Shown: one piece after another, positions 52,958 to 63,911 of the stretch
How positions within the stretch are numbered: position 1 is the first letter of the stretch
Layout of the letters: each line of letters starts with the position of its first letter
DNA from: an uncultured Methanoregulaceae archaeon
Lineage (GTDB): Archaea; Halobacteriota; Methanomicrobia; Methanomicrobiales; Methanospirillaceae
Reading direction: 5' to 3'
NCBI GenBank assembly: GCA_963717525.1
Contig: OY970343.1
Location: 992,001-1,056,000, forward strand
DNA: 64,000 nt
Translations under genes and position numbers: made by a program
The notes under the pieces: generated by a model
Database searches by the model: none
What the model was told of the DNA's origin: nothing
Seen by the model: the letters and a program-made list of their open reading frames with translations, nothing else

Positions 52958-53608
52958 TCAGCTGACGGTGTGCCGGGAGAAGAGGGTAAAAAGATCGATC
53001 TGGTAGCACACGAGCAGGGCAAAGAATAAAAGGGCCGGGAAGACAAGGTCGATACAGATCCCGGCGAGCCCGAAGAATACCGTGCCAAGGGTATTATAGA
53101 TTGCATGGACCGTAACCGCGAGCGTGAAAAACCCGAAGATGAGGGCGGGAAACGCCCGCCGGTCAAAGTGACCTGCAACAACGATCCCGTATCCGATGAT
53201 ACCGCACGTGCAGCCGTGCATGAGGGCGGTCGAGAACGAATGGATAAGGATAACCAGGGGATCCGGTGAGACCAGCAGGCCGGTCTCGATGATAGCAAAC
53301 CCGATTCCCGATGCCATCGCGTACAGGAAGATGTCCCGGTCCTGCTGACGGCGTGCGGCAAGGGCAATGATGATGAGGGGGAGGGCTTTAAAGAATTCCT
53401 CAACAACCGGGGATATGGTCAGGGAGGCAAGCATCCCCGGGATTTCGTTTTGGGCTGCAGAGAAGAGGAACTGTTCGAGAAAATATGCCGGGACTGCAGC
53501 GATAAAACCCCAGAGGATAAAAAGGACGAACCGGGTATTGATCCTCCCGATAAAGACCGCGAGGAACAGGAACGGGAAGAGATACGCTGCAACGAGGACC
53601 AGATCCAT
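52958..53608 (-). CDS. PrsW-family intramembrane metalloprotease
   Basis: P.VEEFFK, GIGFAIIE, MHG, HAIYN. Confidence 0.85.
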   Translation of the reverse strand: MDLVLVAAYLFPFLFLAVFIGRINTRFVLFILWGFIAAVPAYFLEQFLFSAAQNEIPGMLASLTISPVVEEFFKALPLIIIALAARRQQDRDIFLYAMASGIGFAIIETGLLVSPDPLVILIHSFSTALMHGCTCGIIGYGIVVAGHFDRRAFPALIFGFFTLAVTVHAIYNTLGTVFFGLAGICIDLVFPALLFFALLVCYQIDLFTLFSRHTVS

Positions 53609-54352
53609 CTTCCGCCGCCTTTCCGCCTTTCTCCGGTACACGCCAGTGCGCCGGCTTTACCGGTTATGTACGCGTACCGGATGTTTAGTCCTTTGATACG
53701 CACCCTGCACACGTTTAAACTGTCATGCATGGGAGGCCGGGATGGCAGGATGCCTCCCGACCCCCTGCAGGCGATCAGTGAAAATATTTTTTTCGTTAAC
53801 GGGGTCTTTAACAGGCGCGTAGCACCATGCTCATATGCCAGATTCTGGCACGTTGGGAGAAAATCTCTGCACAAAGGTACAATGCTGGATGGAGCATGAC
53901 AGGCAACGGCCGGCGGATCAGATAATGCATAACCGGATCACCCTGGTGTCATGATGCCGGATCTCCCGGGACCGGAATAGGGTCACGGGACCTGCATATA
54001 TCCCCCACGGACAAACAACGCTGCCGGCCGTCCTGCACAGGATCTCATAGACTAGTGCTCCATTCACTCCCTCCCAATGATACGGAGAAGCGGTGCGCCA
54101 AGCACCGGACGGATCGCTGCTGTTGGGCCGGGTTATTCATGCCCAAAAAGGATCTCCCGCGGTGAGTGAAGAATTTTTTTCAGTTATGCATGCGTTTATA
54201 GCATGATATTGACTACCGGGATCATGTGAGTGGAACACGAGACCCAGGAAACGCCATCTCCTGTATGCCTGCCGGATCCGGCTCCCTGTTGTACAGAATT
54301 CAGACGCATCAGATGGCCCTGTGCACCGTGCGAACCATAAAACGGGGGATAT

Positions 54353-55018
54353 ATGGACGGGGATAACCTGGGCACGAGTGTGCAGGGGCCGGTCGCTGCC
54401 GAGGAGGAGATCATCTTCCTTGAACCGGGCCAGGAAAAAGCACAAAGCATCGTAAAAGCAATATCACACCAGAATGCAGGCGAGATTATGGCGCTCCTCT
54501 CGGCCGAGGGGCCGATGAAGCTCTCGGATATTGCGTCCCGGATGGATCTCTCCACCAATGCCGCAAAATACCACGTGGAAAACCTCAGGAATGCCGGGCT
54601 CATCGAGATAGCAAATACACGGTACAGCGTCAAGGGCAAGAAGATGAAAGTCTACCGGCTCAAGAACCAGGTCTTCATCGTTGCGCCGGGCGTGAGTCCG
54701 GGGCCGGCGCTCCGGGCGGTCCTTTTGAAATACGCAACGCTCTGCGGGCTTTTCATTGCAACCGTTGCCGTGCTCATGGTCCAGCCGTTTGTCACCTTCT
54801 CGCCCGGGCCGGTCAGCGCACTCTCCGGCTCCCTCCAGCAGGGCACAACAATCCCTGCAGTGTACTCGTCAACGCTGATCCCGGTGCTGGTCCTTGCCGT
54901 GATTGTCACTGTGCTCGTGTATGCTGGTTTTGAGATGCTCCAGGTACTGGAAAGACCGGAGCGAAAAAGCCTCATAGTCCCCATTCTTGAGAGATTCTGC
55001 CCATCCCTTTTTTTTTAA
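54353..55018 (+). CDS. ArsR-type wHTH regulator with C-terminal TM helices
   Basis: LSDIA..M.......KYHVENL..AGLIE....YS.KG..MKVY; two hydrophobic segments. Confidence 0.82.
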   Translation: MDGDNLGTSVQGPVAAEEEIIFLEPGQEKAQSIVKAISHQNAGEIMALLSAEGPMKLSDIASRMDLSTNAAKYHVENLRNAGLIEIANTRYSVKGKKMKVYRLKNQVFIVAPGVSPGPALRAVLLKYATLCGLFIATVAVLMVQPFVTFSPGPVSALSGSLQQGTTIPAVYSSTLIPVLVLAVIVTVLVYAGFEMLQVLERPERKSLIVPILERFCPSLFF

Positions 55019-55118
55019 TCCCTGATACCGGCCAGTAAATCCGATTGGAAAATAAAAATTGGTTGGAAAAACAAGTTCGTATCTTTATCCAAAACAATTA
55101 AAAAAAGGAATTTTGTTA

Positions 55119-55662
55119 TCACCGGTAAACCGTTGGTTTCCCGTAAACCGGCCTGTTGGCAGTCGTTACTGTCGGTGAAGCTCCATAATACCTCTGGTAG
55201 TGGTACGGGTACTGGGCCCAGAACTCATTCGCGTACTCCGGAGCGTAGAGCAGTACAGGATTGACGATGATATTATAGCCGTTCGCCATACCGGATATCT
55301 GGGCAGTATAGGGTACTGCCGGGGGTAATCGTGTTCCAGACATAATAGTCGGTCACGTAGAGAAGCTGCCCGGAATAGGTGAAAACCTGGTACAATCCGT
55401 TAAAACCCATGCTGGTGCTGGAGACGGTGAAGGTTATCGTTTGCGGCACCACGGGAGCAGGTGTTGGTGGTGCAGGGGTCGGCGCTGGCACGGGAGTTGG
55501 TATCGGTGTCGGTTCCGACACCTGTGCGGTAGCCGTTACCTGGTCTACGTGACCAGATACGATAGAGACCCCGATGACGAACAACGAAACAATCCCCACA
55601 ATGGCGAAGAAGTAGAGCCCCACACTCTTAATCAATTCGGTATCAATAACAATCTGGGACAT
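55119..55662 (-). CDS. Membrane-anchored PT-rich hypothetical protein (frameshift at ~55325)
   Basis: N-terminal TM, PTPIPTPVPAPTP linker; reading continues in the 55119..55343 frame. Confidence 0.6.
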
Positions 55663-55748
55663 ACTGGTTGCTTTGTAAACAAAGTTTAAAAAGGTATCCA
55701 AGTTAACTAACATACTTATTTATGGGCCTGAATGTAAACAATCAAGAA

Positions 55749-55889
55749 ATGGCGACGGAACCTCCGAAGATGGTCAAGATATCGCAGCGAAATTATGAGA
55801 GACTACAAAAATTCGGTTTCGCCGGCGAATCAATAAACACAGCCCTGGATCGTGCCCTCGATCTCGCAGAGACAACCAAGAAAAAGTAA
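55749..55889 (+). CDS. Small ribbon-helix-helix-like protein (46 aa, not in ORF track)
   Basis: MATEPPKMVKISQRNYERLQKFGFAGESINTALDRALDLAE; beta-alpha-GES-alpha pattern; divergent from 55662 across an AT-rich promoter. Confidence 0.6.
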   Translation: MATEPPKMVKISQRNYERLQKFGFAGESINTALDRALDLAETTKKK

Positions 55890-56204
55890 AAAGACCGCTC
55901 TTCATTCCGCACAACTACGAATAATAAACCCATAGATTGCATAGAGCAGGCAATCCCGGTGCCTCATCAGGGGCGCATGCACCCCCCAGTGTATCTCTAA
56001 TCCGGATGCCCGTGCTTCTGCCGGGCTGCTTCCCGGGAAGCACGGAGGCAGCATATACTATGGTCGTTGAAATCATTCTGGCTTGCATACAAGCGGTTAC
56101 ACCCGGGATTGCCTCATAAAATGTTCCGGGACCGGACCGTGAACCTTCTCTTTTTATGCCGGCATAACCGATGTACAGGGAAAGCACACGATCGGCTGCC
56201 AACC

Positions 56205-57104
56205 ATGAGCCTACTTACCGGGATCAGGAATGCCCTCTCAACGATAAACATCCGGCTCTTTTCTTTTTACCTCGCGATTGTGCTCATCATCCCTGCCATC
56301 TCGACCATCATTGAGTACATGGTCACGGTCTCGCCGGGGCTGCGCTCCAGCCTCCAGATCGACATGCAGAACTTCCACATCTACCAGCTTTTCACGTCGT
56401 CATTTGTCCATCTCAACTTCGACCAATACCTGGGAAACGTGACCGCCTACCTGCTGATCGCCGTGTACGGCCTCGTGCTTGCCACGCTCGTGAACAGGAA
56501 ACGGCTGTACCTGGTGATCAGCAAGATCATCGTCGTGATCTTCCTTGTTTTTGGGGCGTCCTTTGCCATCTTCAACGCGACCACGACCTACTATGTTGGC
56601 CTCTCGGGAATCGACTCGGCCCTTGCCGGGCTCCTCCTCCTCTTCTGGCTGCTCTATCTTGAGCACACATCCCGGCAGAGGATGCGCCACTATTACGGGC
56701 TCGTACTCTCCTGCATCCTTGCCCTCTCCGCAGGTATCATCGCGCGGTACATCCTCCTGTACCATGCAGAACGAAGCGCCCTGCTCCTTACCCTCCTTGC
56801 TGTTGTTATCCTCCTCTGTGCGCTCGCCATCATCCTGTTCCGGCAGCAGTTCTTCGACCTGTACCGCGTCCTTGTGGGATTCTCATGGTCATCCCGGCTC
56901 ATCACGCTTGCGATTGTCGCCATCTTCGCGTACTTTGTCTGGAACCTCTTTCCTGAGCGGCTCGCGAACTCGACCCGGACCGTGAGCATCTCCCTGCACC
57001 TTGCCGGCATCGTGATCGGTATTCTCGCCGGCTATCTCTTCCTGATGTACCTCGAACAGATCGCCTATTTCAACGGGGAAAAAGAGGTGATCTCCCGGCA
57101 GTGA
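56205..57104 (+). CDS. Rhomboid-like intramembrane serine protease
   Basis: QLFTSSFVH....LGN, GLSG, HLAG...G. Confidence 0.72.
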   Translation: MSLLTGIRNALSTINIRLFSFYLAIVLIIPAISTIIEYMVTVSPGLRSSLQIDMQNFHIYQLFTSSFVHLNFDQYLGNVTAYLLIAVYGLVLATLVNRKRLYLVISKIIVVIFLVFGASFAIFNATTTYYVGLSGIDSALAGLLLLFWLLYLEHTSRQRMRHYYGLVLSCILALSAGIIARYILLYHAERSALLLTLLAVVILLCALAIILFRQQFFDLYRVLVGFSWSSRLITLAIVAIFAYFVWNLFPERLANSTRTVSISLHLAGIVIGILAGYLFLMYLEQIAYFNGEKEVISRQ

Positions 57105-57157
57105 CGGGAGATCGGGCACACCACTGCAGCAAAGCGGGGGACGTGGTGCGGTGTTCT

Positions 57158-57730
57158 TTATCCTATGGCGGCAAGGATCTCGTCGGTTGTCCGGACCCTG
57201 CCCATCCTTTTGAAGATGAAATTTATTGCAGCATGGTGCTGCTCTGCTGACATCGAGGCCATCGCGTCCTCGGCAAAAACCTGCTGGAAGCCATACTCGT
57301 AGGCAAACCGGGCCGTGCTCTCGACGCCGAAATCGGTCGCGATCCCGCACAGGACGATCGTGTCCATTCCCCTTCTCCGAAGCTGCAGTTCGAGATCGGT
57401 GCCGTAGAACGCCCCCCATTGCTTCTTTCCTATCACGACATCGGTTGCAACGGGTGCGATCTCCGGGATAAACTCAGACCAGTCCGGGGGCATGGGCCCG
57501 GTGCGGGAGAATGTCGAATCGCTTTTTATCTTAAGCATCGTCTCAGGGGTCGAGACGACATGAACAAGAAAGACCGGCATCGCGTTCTTCCTGAACGCCG
57601 TGACGAGACGAGCTGCATTCCTGATAACCTCGTGTGAGGCATGCGGCTGTGTGGGCTGGGCCGCTATTCCTTTCTGGAGGTCGATGACCACAAGGGCTGT
57701 TGTTGCTTTGTTCATATCCAGTTCCGGCAT
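57158..57730 (-). CDS. Isochorismatase-family hydrolase
   Basis: ALVVIDLQKGI, K.QWGAF.GT.L, GIATDFGVESTAR. Confidence 0.9.
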   Translation of the reverse strand: MPELDMNKATTALVVIDLQKGIAAQPTQPHASHEVIRNAARLVTAFRKNAMPVFLVHVVSTPETMLKIKSDSTFSRTGPMPPDWSEFIPEIAPVATDVVIGKKQWGAFYGTDLELQLRRRGMDTIVLCGIATDFGVESTARFAYEYGFQQVFAEDAMASMSAEQHHAAINFIFKRMGRVRTTDEILAAIG

Positions 57731-57838
57731 ACGTTCACCATGGGAACTAGGGTACCGGCCGCTATTTATGCGCTGCGGTGGCGTCCGTGGGGTACAAGAA
57801 CGCACTGATCGTCACGGGCAGTTTTTTGTGATTTTTCC

Positions 57839-59333
57839 CTAGATCATGGCGTCCGGGGGGAGCAGTTCCGGCGCCGGGCTGTACTCAGAATCCGGCACTT
57901 CCCGGGTCATGCGGATGATGATGATGACGATGATGCAGAGCGCAAACGAGACCAGGAAGACCGCCTGGTAACCGAGCACCGAGAGCGCTGGTGTCAGTTT
58001 CGAAACAAGCGGCGTCCCGTTCCGGGGGATGCCGGCCATGTACATACGGATGGCAAAGACACTCTGGAAAAAGGCGATCCCGGCGACCATGCCCACGTGC
58101 CGGACGGTCATCATGACTCCGGAGCCATCGCCAACTGACCCGGGGGGCAGTGGCCCATGATCAGCCGGGCGTTGGGGCCGAAGAACGCGGCAGTCGAGAC
58201 CCTTGTGATCAGCAGCCCGGCGACGATGATCAGCACCAGCGTGAGGGGGTTGAACGTAAAGAAGATCAAAAAGCCTGCAGCCGCAAGCCCGACAGCAATC
58301 ATGGAGATGCGGATACTCCCGTGCCGGTCGGCAAAGCTCCCGGACGCAGGAGCAACGAGAATCGAGAGAAGCGCGGGGATGGTCATGATCAGCCCGGCAA
58401 GGGTCGGGTCGAGGTGGCGGGAGTTGATCAGGTACAGGGGCATCAGATAGGTGACCCCGGAAAAGAGCGTCGTTATGATCAGGCAGGCAAGGATCCCGAG
58501 CTTGAAATCCCGGTTCCGTACAAGGGCCAAACTGATAAGGGGATCGGGATTGTGTCGTTCCCGAAAGGCAAAGAACCCGGCAATGATTACACCCCCAAAA
58601 AAGAGGAGCAGGAGAACCGCATCCGGTGTGCCCGGGACCTGGTAGAACGTGAAGGCAGAAAGAAGGAGGATCAGTGCAGCGACAAAGAGTGCCGGCCCGG
58701 TAAAGTTCAGGGGTTTTTGTTCCACCTTCTTTGAAGCGGGGGGAAGGCAGTACCCAGCTCATCAAAAGTGCGAGAATGACGATTGGGATATTGAGGAAGA
58801 AGACCCACCGCCAGCCGGCGTACTGCGAGACAAACCCTCCGATGCCGGGGCCGAGCGCATAACCGGCCGCAGACATGGCAATGAGAAAACCAAGTGACCT
58901 GCCCCGGGCCGAGGGGGGCAGGTACGTGGTGATGACCGCCGGCCCGATGGCAGAGAACATCGCCGCACCGGCTCCCTGGAGCACCCGGAACACGATCAGG
59001 CTGGTGATGTCGGCGGCCATACCGCATAATAATGAACCCAGGCCAAAGAGCACGAGGCCGAGGATGAAGAGCAGGCGGAAGCCGTACCGGTCACCCAGTT
59101 TTCCCATAAAGAGGATCAGGCCGGTGATGGTGAGCATATAGGAGATAATGATCAACGACCCGACACCGATCGGGATCTGCCATGACTTTATGATCGTGGG
59201 AACGGTGATATTGACAATGCTCATGTCGAGCGCACCAATCAGGGACGCGAGAGATACCGTAGCAACGATGATGCGCTGGCCGGTTATGCTGCCGGGGTCG
59301 GAAAGTTTGGGAAAGACCGGTATGGAAAGACAC
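57839..59333 (-). CDS. MFS drug-resistance transporter (DHA2-like), frameshifts at ~58730 and ~58140; start uncertain
   Basis: LD.SIVNI, GKLGDRYG, RVLQG.G, GP.IGG, WRWVFFLN.P; middle part in the 58111..58725 frame. Confidence 0.85.
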
Positions 59334-59434
59334 CTTTTATAATTTACACATTTTCTGTAATGGCAGATAAAAACGGCAGGTTTGGTGTATGCCTGGACCG
59401 GAGATTTTCGATTTACCTGTACGAGGGGAGGCTT

Positions 59435-61060
59435 TTATGCCCGTCCGGCCCGTCTCAGTTTTTCCCCAAGCCACGGCAGGAAGTCTTTCTTCCGTGACAT
59501 CACACCGGGGAGCCGGGCCGGTTGGGGTTCACCGAAGAGCTGGTGCAGGAGCGTTGTGTCCCCGGCACCGTAGAGATCGCTTGCGTTCTCCAGGACATTT
59601 GTAAAGAGCGCGAGTGAGAGGGTGGCTCCTGCCTCAGTTCGTGCTTTTTCCAGTGCCGTGGTGATCGCCTCGTCCCGGGCCCTGTTCCACGTAAATGCCG
59701 GCACCATCACCTGCGCGATCTGCACGCACTTTTCCGAGAGCGTGAAGATCTTGGTGTCGCGGGAAAGGAGAAGGTCAAGCGGCACGCCGGAAAGGTCCAT
59801 GCCCTGTTCGAGAAGCGTAACACCCAGTTTTTCCGGGTCTTCACCGGCGATCCCTGCGAGATACTTCACTGCCTTCGTATCCTGGTGGGTGGTCGTGGAC
59901 ATCCGCAGCGAAAGCGTATCAGAAAGGATGCCACAGAGGAGGATGCCTGCGATCTCCCGGGAAGGGGCAAGACCGGCCTGTCGGTATTTCATGGCGATGA
60001 TGGTGGAGGTCGCGCCGACCGGATCGTTGAAGAACCGGATCGGCCGCAGCGTCGTGATTGCCCCAAGCCGGTGGTGGTCGATGATCTCGACCACGTCAGC
60101 CTCCTCGATCCCGGGGACGGCCTGCGACGCCTCGTTGTGATCGAGCAGGACAACCTGCCGGCGCACGTCATCGAGCAGCGTCGTCCGCGTCAGGATCCCC
60201 CGGAGTTTTCCTTCCGGTGAGACCACGCAGGCAGCCCGGAACATCGACCCTGCCACGACCTGCCGGGCATGGGCGATCGTCTCGGTGCACGCGAGGACCG
60301 GGACATTGGCCTCCATCACCTCCCGGGCGGGGAGCGAGAGGTTGATCATCCTGCCGACCCCGAACGCATCCAGTTTCGTGGAGAGGACCGAGACCCTGCG
60401 CTGCTGTGCGGCCGCAATAACCCGGCTGCCCACCGGCGCCCCTTCCGCGATGATCAGGGCGGCGATCCCGGCCGAGACGAGCTCGAGCTGGGCCGGCTCG
60501 TTATCCCCGACGACCGCGATATCCTTCTCGGTCATTTTCGCGAGCGTGACATGCAGCGCGTCGATCGCAATATAAACCCTCCCTTCAAGGATCGGATGGG
60601 CAGAGACAAGGACGTCTGCGCAGAGTACGCGGGCAAACGTCCCGATCGGTACCGGTGTCACCGAGAGGGCTGCACGGTGAAGGGTCCCGATACAGGCAAT
60701 GGCAAGCGCATGTTCGCCGATCATCCCGGCGGGTTTTCCCTCCGCGTCCGTGATGACGACATTACGGATCCCTTCTTTTGCCATGAGGGTGGCGACATCC
60801 ACGGTGGGAACATCCTCAGGAACGGCAAAGACCGGCTTGTAGGCGATGTCGGAGAGAGTCGGTTCGACTGTGGGTACAAAGACCGGCGCTGCAACGCCAT
60901 ACCGTTCCAGCATGAACCGGGATTCGGCGTTGATCTCCCCGCACCGGGCCGGGACGTACCTTCCCGGCTCGGAGCGGTTTTTAAAGTCAGCGTACCCGAT
61001 CACGCTCGCAATGCTGTCGGTATCGGGCTGGCGGTGGCCGAAGCAATAGATTTGGTTCAT
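59435..61060 (-). CDS. ppaC: Mn-dependent family II pyrophosphatase with CBS-DRTGG insert
   Basis: GH.QPDTDS, DRTGG/CBS region, LLDHNE, IIDHH, ILSDT, SRKK. Confidence 0.92.
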   Translation of the reverse strand: MNQIYCFGHRQPDTDSIASVIGYADFKNRSEPGRYVPARCGEINAESRFMLERYGVAAPVFVPTVEPTLSDIAYKPVFAVPEDVPTVDVATLMAKEGIRNVVITDAEGKPAGMIGEHALAIACIGTLHRAALSVTPVPIGTFARVLCADVLVSAHPILEGRVYIAIDALHVTLAKMTEKDIAVVGDNEPAQLELVSAGIAALIIAEGAPVGSRVIAAAQQRRVSVLSTKLDAFGVGRMINLSLPAREVMEANVPVLACTETIAHARQVVAGSMFRAACVVSPEGKLRGILTRTTLLDDVRRQVVLLDHNEASQAVPGIEEADVVEIIDHHRLGAITTLRPIRFFNDPVGATSTIIAMKYRQAGLAPSREIAGILLCGILSDTLSLRMSTTTHQDTKAVKYLAGIAGEDPEKLGVTLLEQGMDLSGVPLDLLLSRDTKIFTLSEKCVQIAQVMVPAFTWNRARDEAITTALEKARTEAGATLSLALFTNVLENASDLYGAGDTTLLHQLFGEPQPARLPGVMSRKKDFLPWLGEKLRRAGRA

Positions 61061-61364
61061 AATAGACCACGGAATGGATCTTTCGGATTTTCCTGTATCC
61101 ATTTACCTGCACAAGCTCATAAGGTACGAGCACACCGGGCCATTTTCTCCTGCACGTTTTCCGGGCCCGGCAATGCCTGTACAACCAGCTTCCCGGCATG
61201 GCAAAACAAGGGGGGTCACACCAGTTTAAGGTGAGTACATTTACCCTCCCGGATCCGTTCCGCCAGCCTGGCCGGTCTTTTGGCCCGGAACAATCCCCCG
61301 CCACCACAAACCATTTTACCCGTACCGCCCAACCGGATCAATAGTTCGGAACCGAACTATCAAT

Positions 61365-61844
61365 ATGACCAGCCTGTTCAAATTTTCGTCACAGTGCGGA
61401 AAATCAAGGAGTTTACTTGCGCTGTACATCCTCCATACGCTCAAGCAGCGGCAGAAATCCGGGTACGACATCCTCCGGGAGATCGAAGAGATGACCGGAG
61501 GAGAATGGATCCCCAGCAAAGGCACCCTCTACCCCCTGCTCCACCAGCTGGAATCCGAGGGGCTCATCGCTGCCGCCCTGACCGGGTCCCGGGCACGGAC
61601 CGGGTTTGCGCTGACACCGGAGGGCCGGGAATTTCTTGAAAAGATCATAACGATGAGCGGGGAGTCACACAAGAAGATGGCCCACCTCCGGCACCTTGTC
61701 CTCGCGATCTTCGGGACCGGGACCTGCCCGGTCAAGGGCCTCCTCTTCGAGATAAAGATGCTCGTCGATGACATGCCCCCGGGAAACGAGCGGAGGGTCG
61801 GGGCGATCCTTGAACACTGCCGCGATAAACTAAAAAAAATGTGA
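61365..61844 (+). CDS. PadR-family transcriptional regulator
   Basis: GYDI..EI....W.PS.GTLYP.L..LE.EGLI...LTPEG. Confidence 0.9.
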   Translation: MTSLFKFSSQCGKSRSLLALYILHTLKQRQKSGYDILREIEEMTGGEWIPSKGTLYPLLHQLESEGLIAAALTGSRARTGFALTPEGREFLEKIITMSGESHKKMAHLRHLVLAIFGTGTCPVKGLLFEIKMLVDDMPPGNERRVGAILEHCRDKLKKM

Positions 61845-61850
61845 TCTGAC

Positions 61851-62838
61851 ATGACTACCGCAATCCATGCAGCGGACCTGACCCGGCGCTTCGGCGACCT
61901 CGTGGCCGTGGACCGTATCAGTTTCGATATCGAGCAGGGCGAGATCTTTGGCCTCCTGGGCCCAAACGGCGCCGGTAAGACGACCACGCTCTCGATGCTC
62001 TCGACCATGCTCGAACCCACCTCAGGGTACCGCCACGGTCATGGGGATCGATGTAACCAAAGACCAGGACGGTGTTCGCAAAGCGATCGGGATCGTCTTC
62101 CAGGACCAGAGCCTCGACGAGGAGCTCACGGCACTGGAGAACATGGACTTCCACGGCCGTCTCTACCGGATCCCAAAAGAGATACGGGAGCAGCGGACCG
62201 AAGAACTCCTCAAACTCGTTGAACTCTTCGACCGGAGGAACGATATCGTCAAGACGTTTTCTGGCGGGATGCGGCGGCGCCTCGAGATCGCCCGGGGGCT
62301 CCTGCACCACCCGACGGTCCTTTTCCTCGACGAGCCCACGCTCGGCCTCGACCCGCAAACCAGAAACCACCTCTGGAAGTACATCGAGACTCTCGCAAAA
62401 GAGAAGAACATCACGATCATCCTCACTACGCACTACATGGAGGAAGCCGACCGGCTCTGCAACCGGATCGCGATCATCGATCACGGGAAGATTATTGCGC
62501 TTGACACGCCTGACCGGCTCAAGGATTCGATCGGCGGCGACGTGGTGACCATCCGGTCGCCGGATACGTCAAAAATCACCACAGCGCTTGCTGTCCCGTG
62601 GATCAACCGGGCAGAGACCCATGATGGCGAGGTGATTCTCACGCTCAAAAATGCCGAACAGTACCTCAGCACGATCGTGACCCTCATGAATGAAGAGAAA
62701 ATCCCTATCACCTCGATCTCGGTCCACAAGCCGACGCTTGAGGATGTCTTCCTCTCGTTTACCGGTAAGACCATCCGCGAGGAAGACGTGAGCAGGAAGG
62801 ACGCAATGCGGATGCATTTCAGGATGATGAGGCACTAA
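61851..62838 (+). CDS. DrrA-type ABC exporter ATP-binding subunit (frameshift at ~62028)
   Basis: GPNGAGKTT / FSGGMRRR, LDEPT.GLD, TTHYM. Confidence 0.92.
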
Positions 62839-62841
62839 ATC

Positions 62842-63591
62842 ATGGATATCGTTTACACCATCTGGCTGCGGAGCATGAAGAGGTATGTCCGGTCAAAGAG
62901 CAGGATCGTGGGGAGCATCGCGATGCCGCTCTTCCTGCTGGTCTTTCTGGGCTTTGGCCTTAACTCGGTGGTCAGCGCCACGTCGCTCGGGCAGCAGTAC
63001 GTGATGTTTCTTGTGCCCGGCATGGTCGCGATGAGCGTGCTGTTTACCTCTGTCTTCTCCGGCATCCAGATCATCTGGGACAAGCAGTTCGGGTTTTTGA
63101 AAGAGACACTTGTAGCGCCGGTCACACGGATCGAGATCATGTTCGGCATGACTGTCGGGGGCGCGACCACGGCGGTGATCCAGGGAATCATCCTCATGGT
63201 GCTTGCCGTGTTCCTGGGCCTGCGGATCGAAAACCCGGCAGGTTTCCTTATCGCTCTCGGTTTCATGATCCTTGTCGGGATCTCGTTTACCGCGTTTGGA
63301 ATTGCAATTGCCTCGCGGATGGAGGACATGACCGGCTTCCAGCTGATCATGAATTTTGTCGTCTTTCCCCTCTTCGGGCTCTCGGGAGCACTCTTCCCCA
63401 TCAGCTCCCTGCCTGCATGGCTTGAGCCGGTCACCCTTGTCGACCCGCTCACGTACGGGGTGGAGGGGATCCGGTACGGCCTGACCGGGGCCTCGCAGAT
63501 CAACCCGCTCATCAGCGTCGTGGTGATTGCCGGGTTTGCGGTCGCGATGACCGTGGCCGGGGCATACCTCTTCCGGAAAGTCTCGGTGTGA
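62842..63591 (+). CDS. ABC-2 type permease
   Basis: FLVPG, D...GFLKE.LVAP, SGALFP...LP.WL, PLTY.V. Confidence 0.92.
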   Translation: MDIVYTIWLRSMKRYVRSKSRIVGSIAMPLFLLVFLGFGLNSVVSATSLGQQYVMFLVPGMVAMSVLFTSVFSGIQIIWDKQFGFLKETLVAPVTRIEIMFGMTVGGATTAVIQGIILMVLAVFLGLRIENPAGFLIALGFMILVGISFTAFGIAIASRMEDMTGFQLIMNFVVFPLFGLSGALFPISSLPAWLEPVTLVDPLTYGVEGIRYGLTGASQINPLISVVVIAGFAVAMTVAGAYLFRKVSV

Positions 63592-63654
63592 AAAAGCCGG
63601 GATACCACTCTGATTTTTTTGCTCTGCTGAAAACATTTTTTTCAACTATCCCGT

Positions 63655-63820
63655 CCCCCTCACTCCAGCCATGCCCCCAAAGGGGTCGGAGGCGTATGCG
63701 ATGCATCAGTATTGCCAGGAGGCAAGCATGCGAGCGAATCTGTGTACAGATAATACGGCATCAAGAGCAAACGGGGGATGCCTCTAGCGTGCGGGTGCGG
63801 CAGCCCAAGGAGAGCGTTTA
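63655..63820. repeat. GC-rich intergenic repeat (family 2)
   Basis: Contains GGCAGCCCAAGGAGAGCG and CCCCCTC.CTCC as at 35342-35383, plus a CCCC-CAAA-GGGG hairpin. Confidence 0.45.
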
Positions 63821-63911
63821 TAATCCATTTTGGAATTTTTACAGTGCAGTTTTTTTTGGCAAATGGATCACCTTTTGGCATTTCCCGTCCTATACAGGAA
63901 CGGTGAAACCA

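Noticed and set aside
55455..55520. Tandem DNA repeat
   Set aside because: Explained by a Pro/Thr-rich protein linker.
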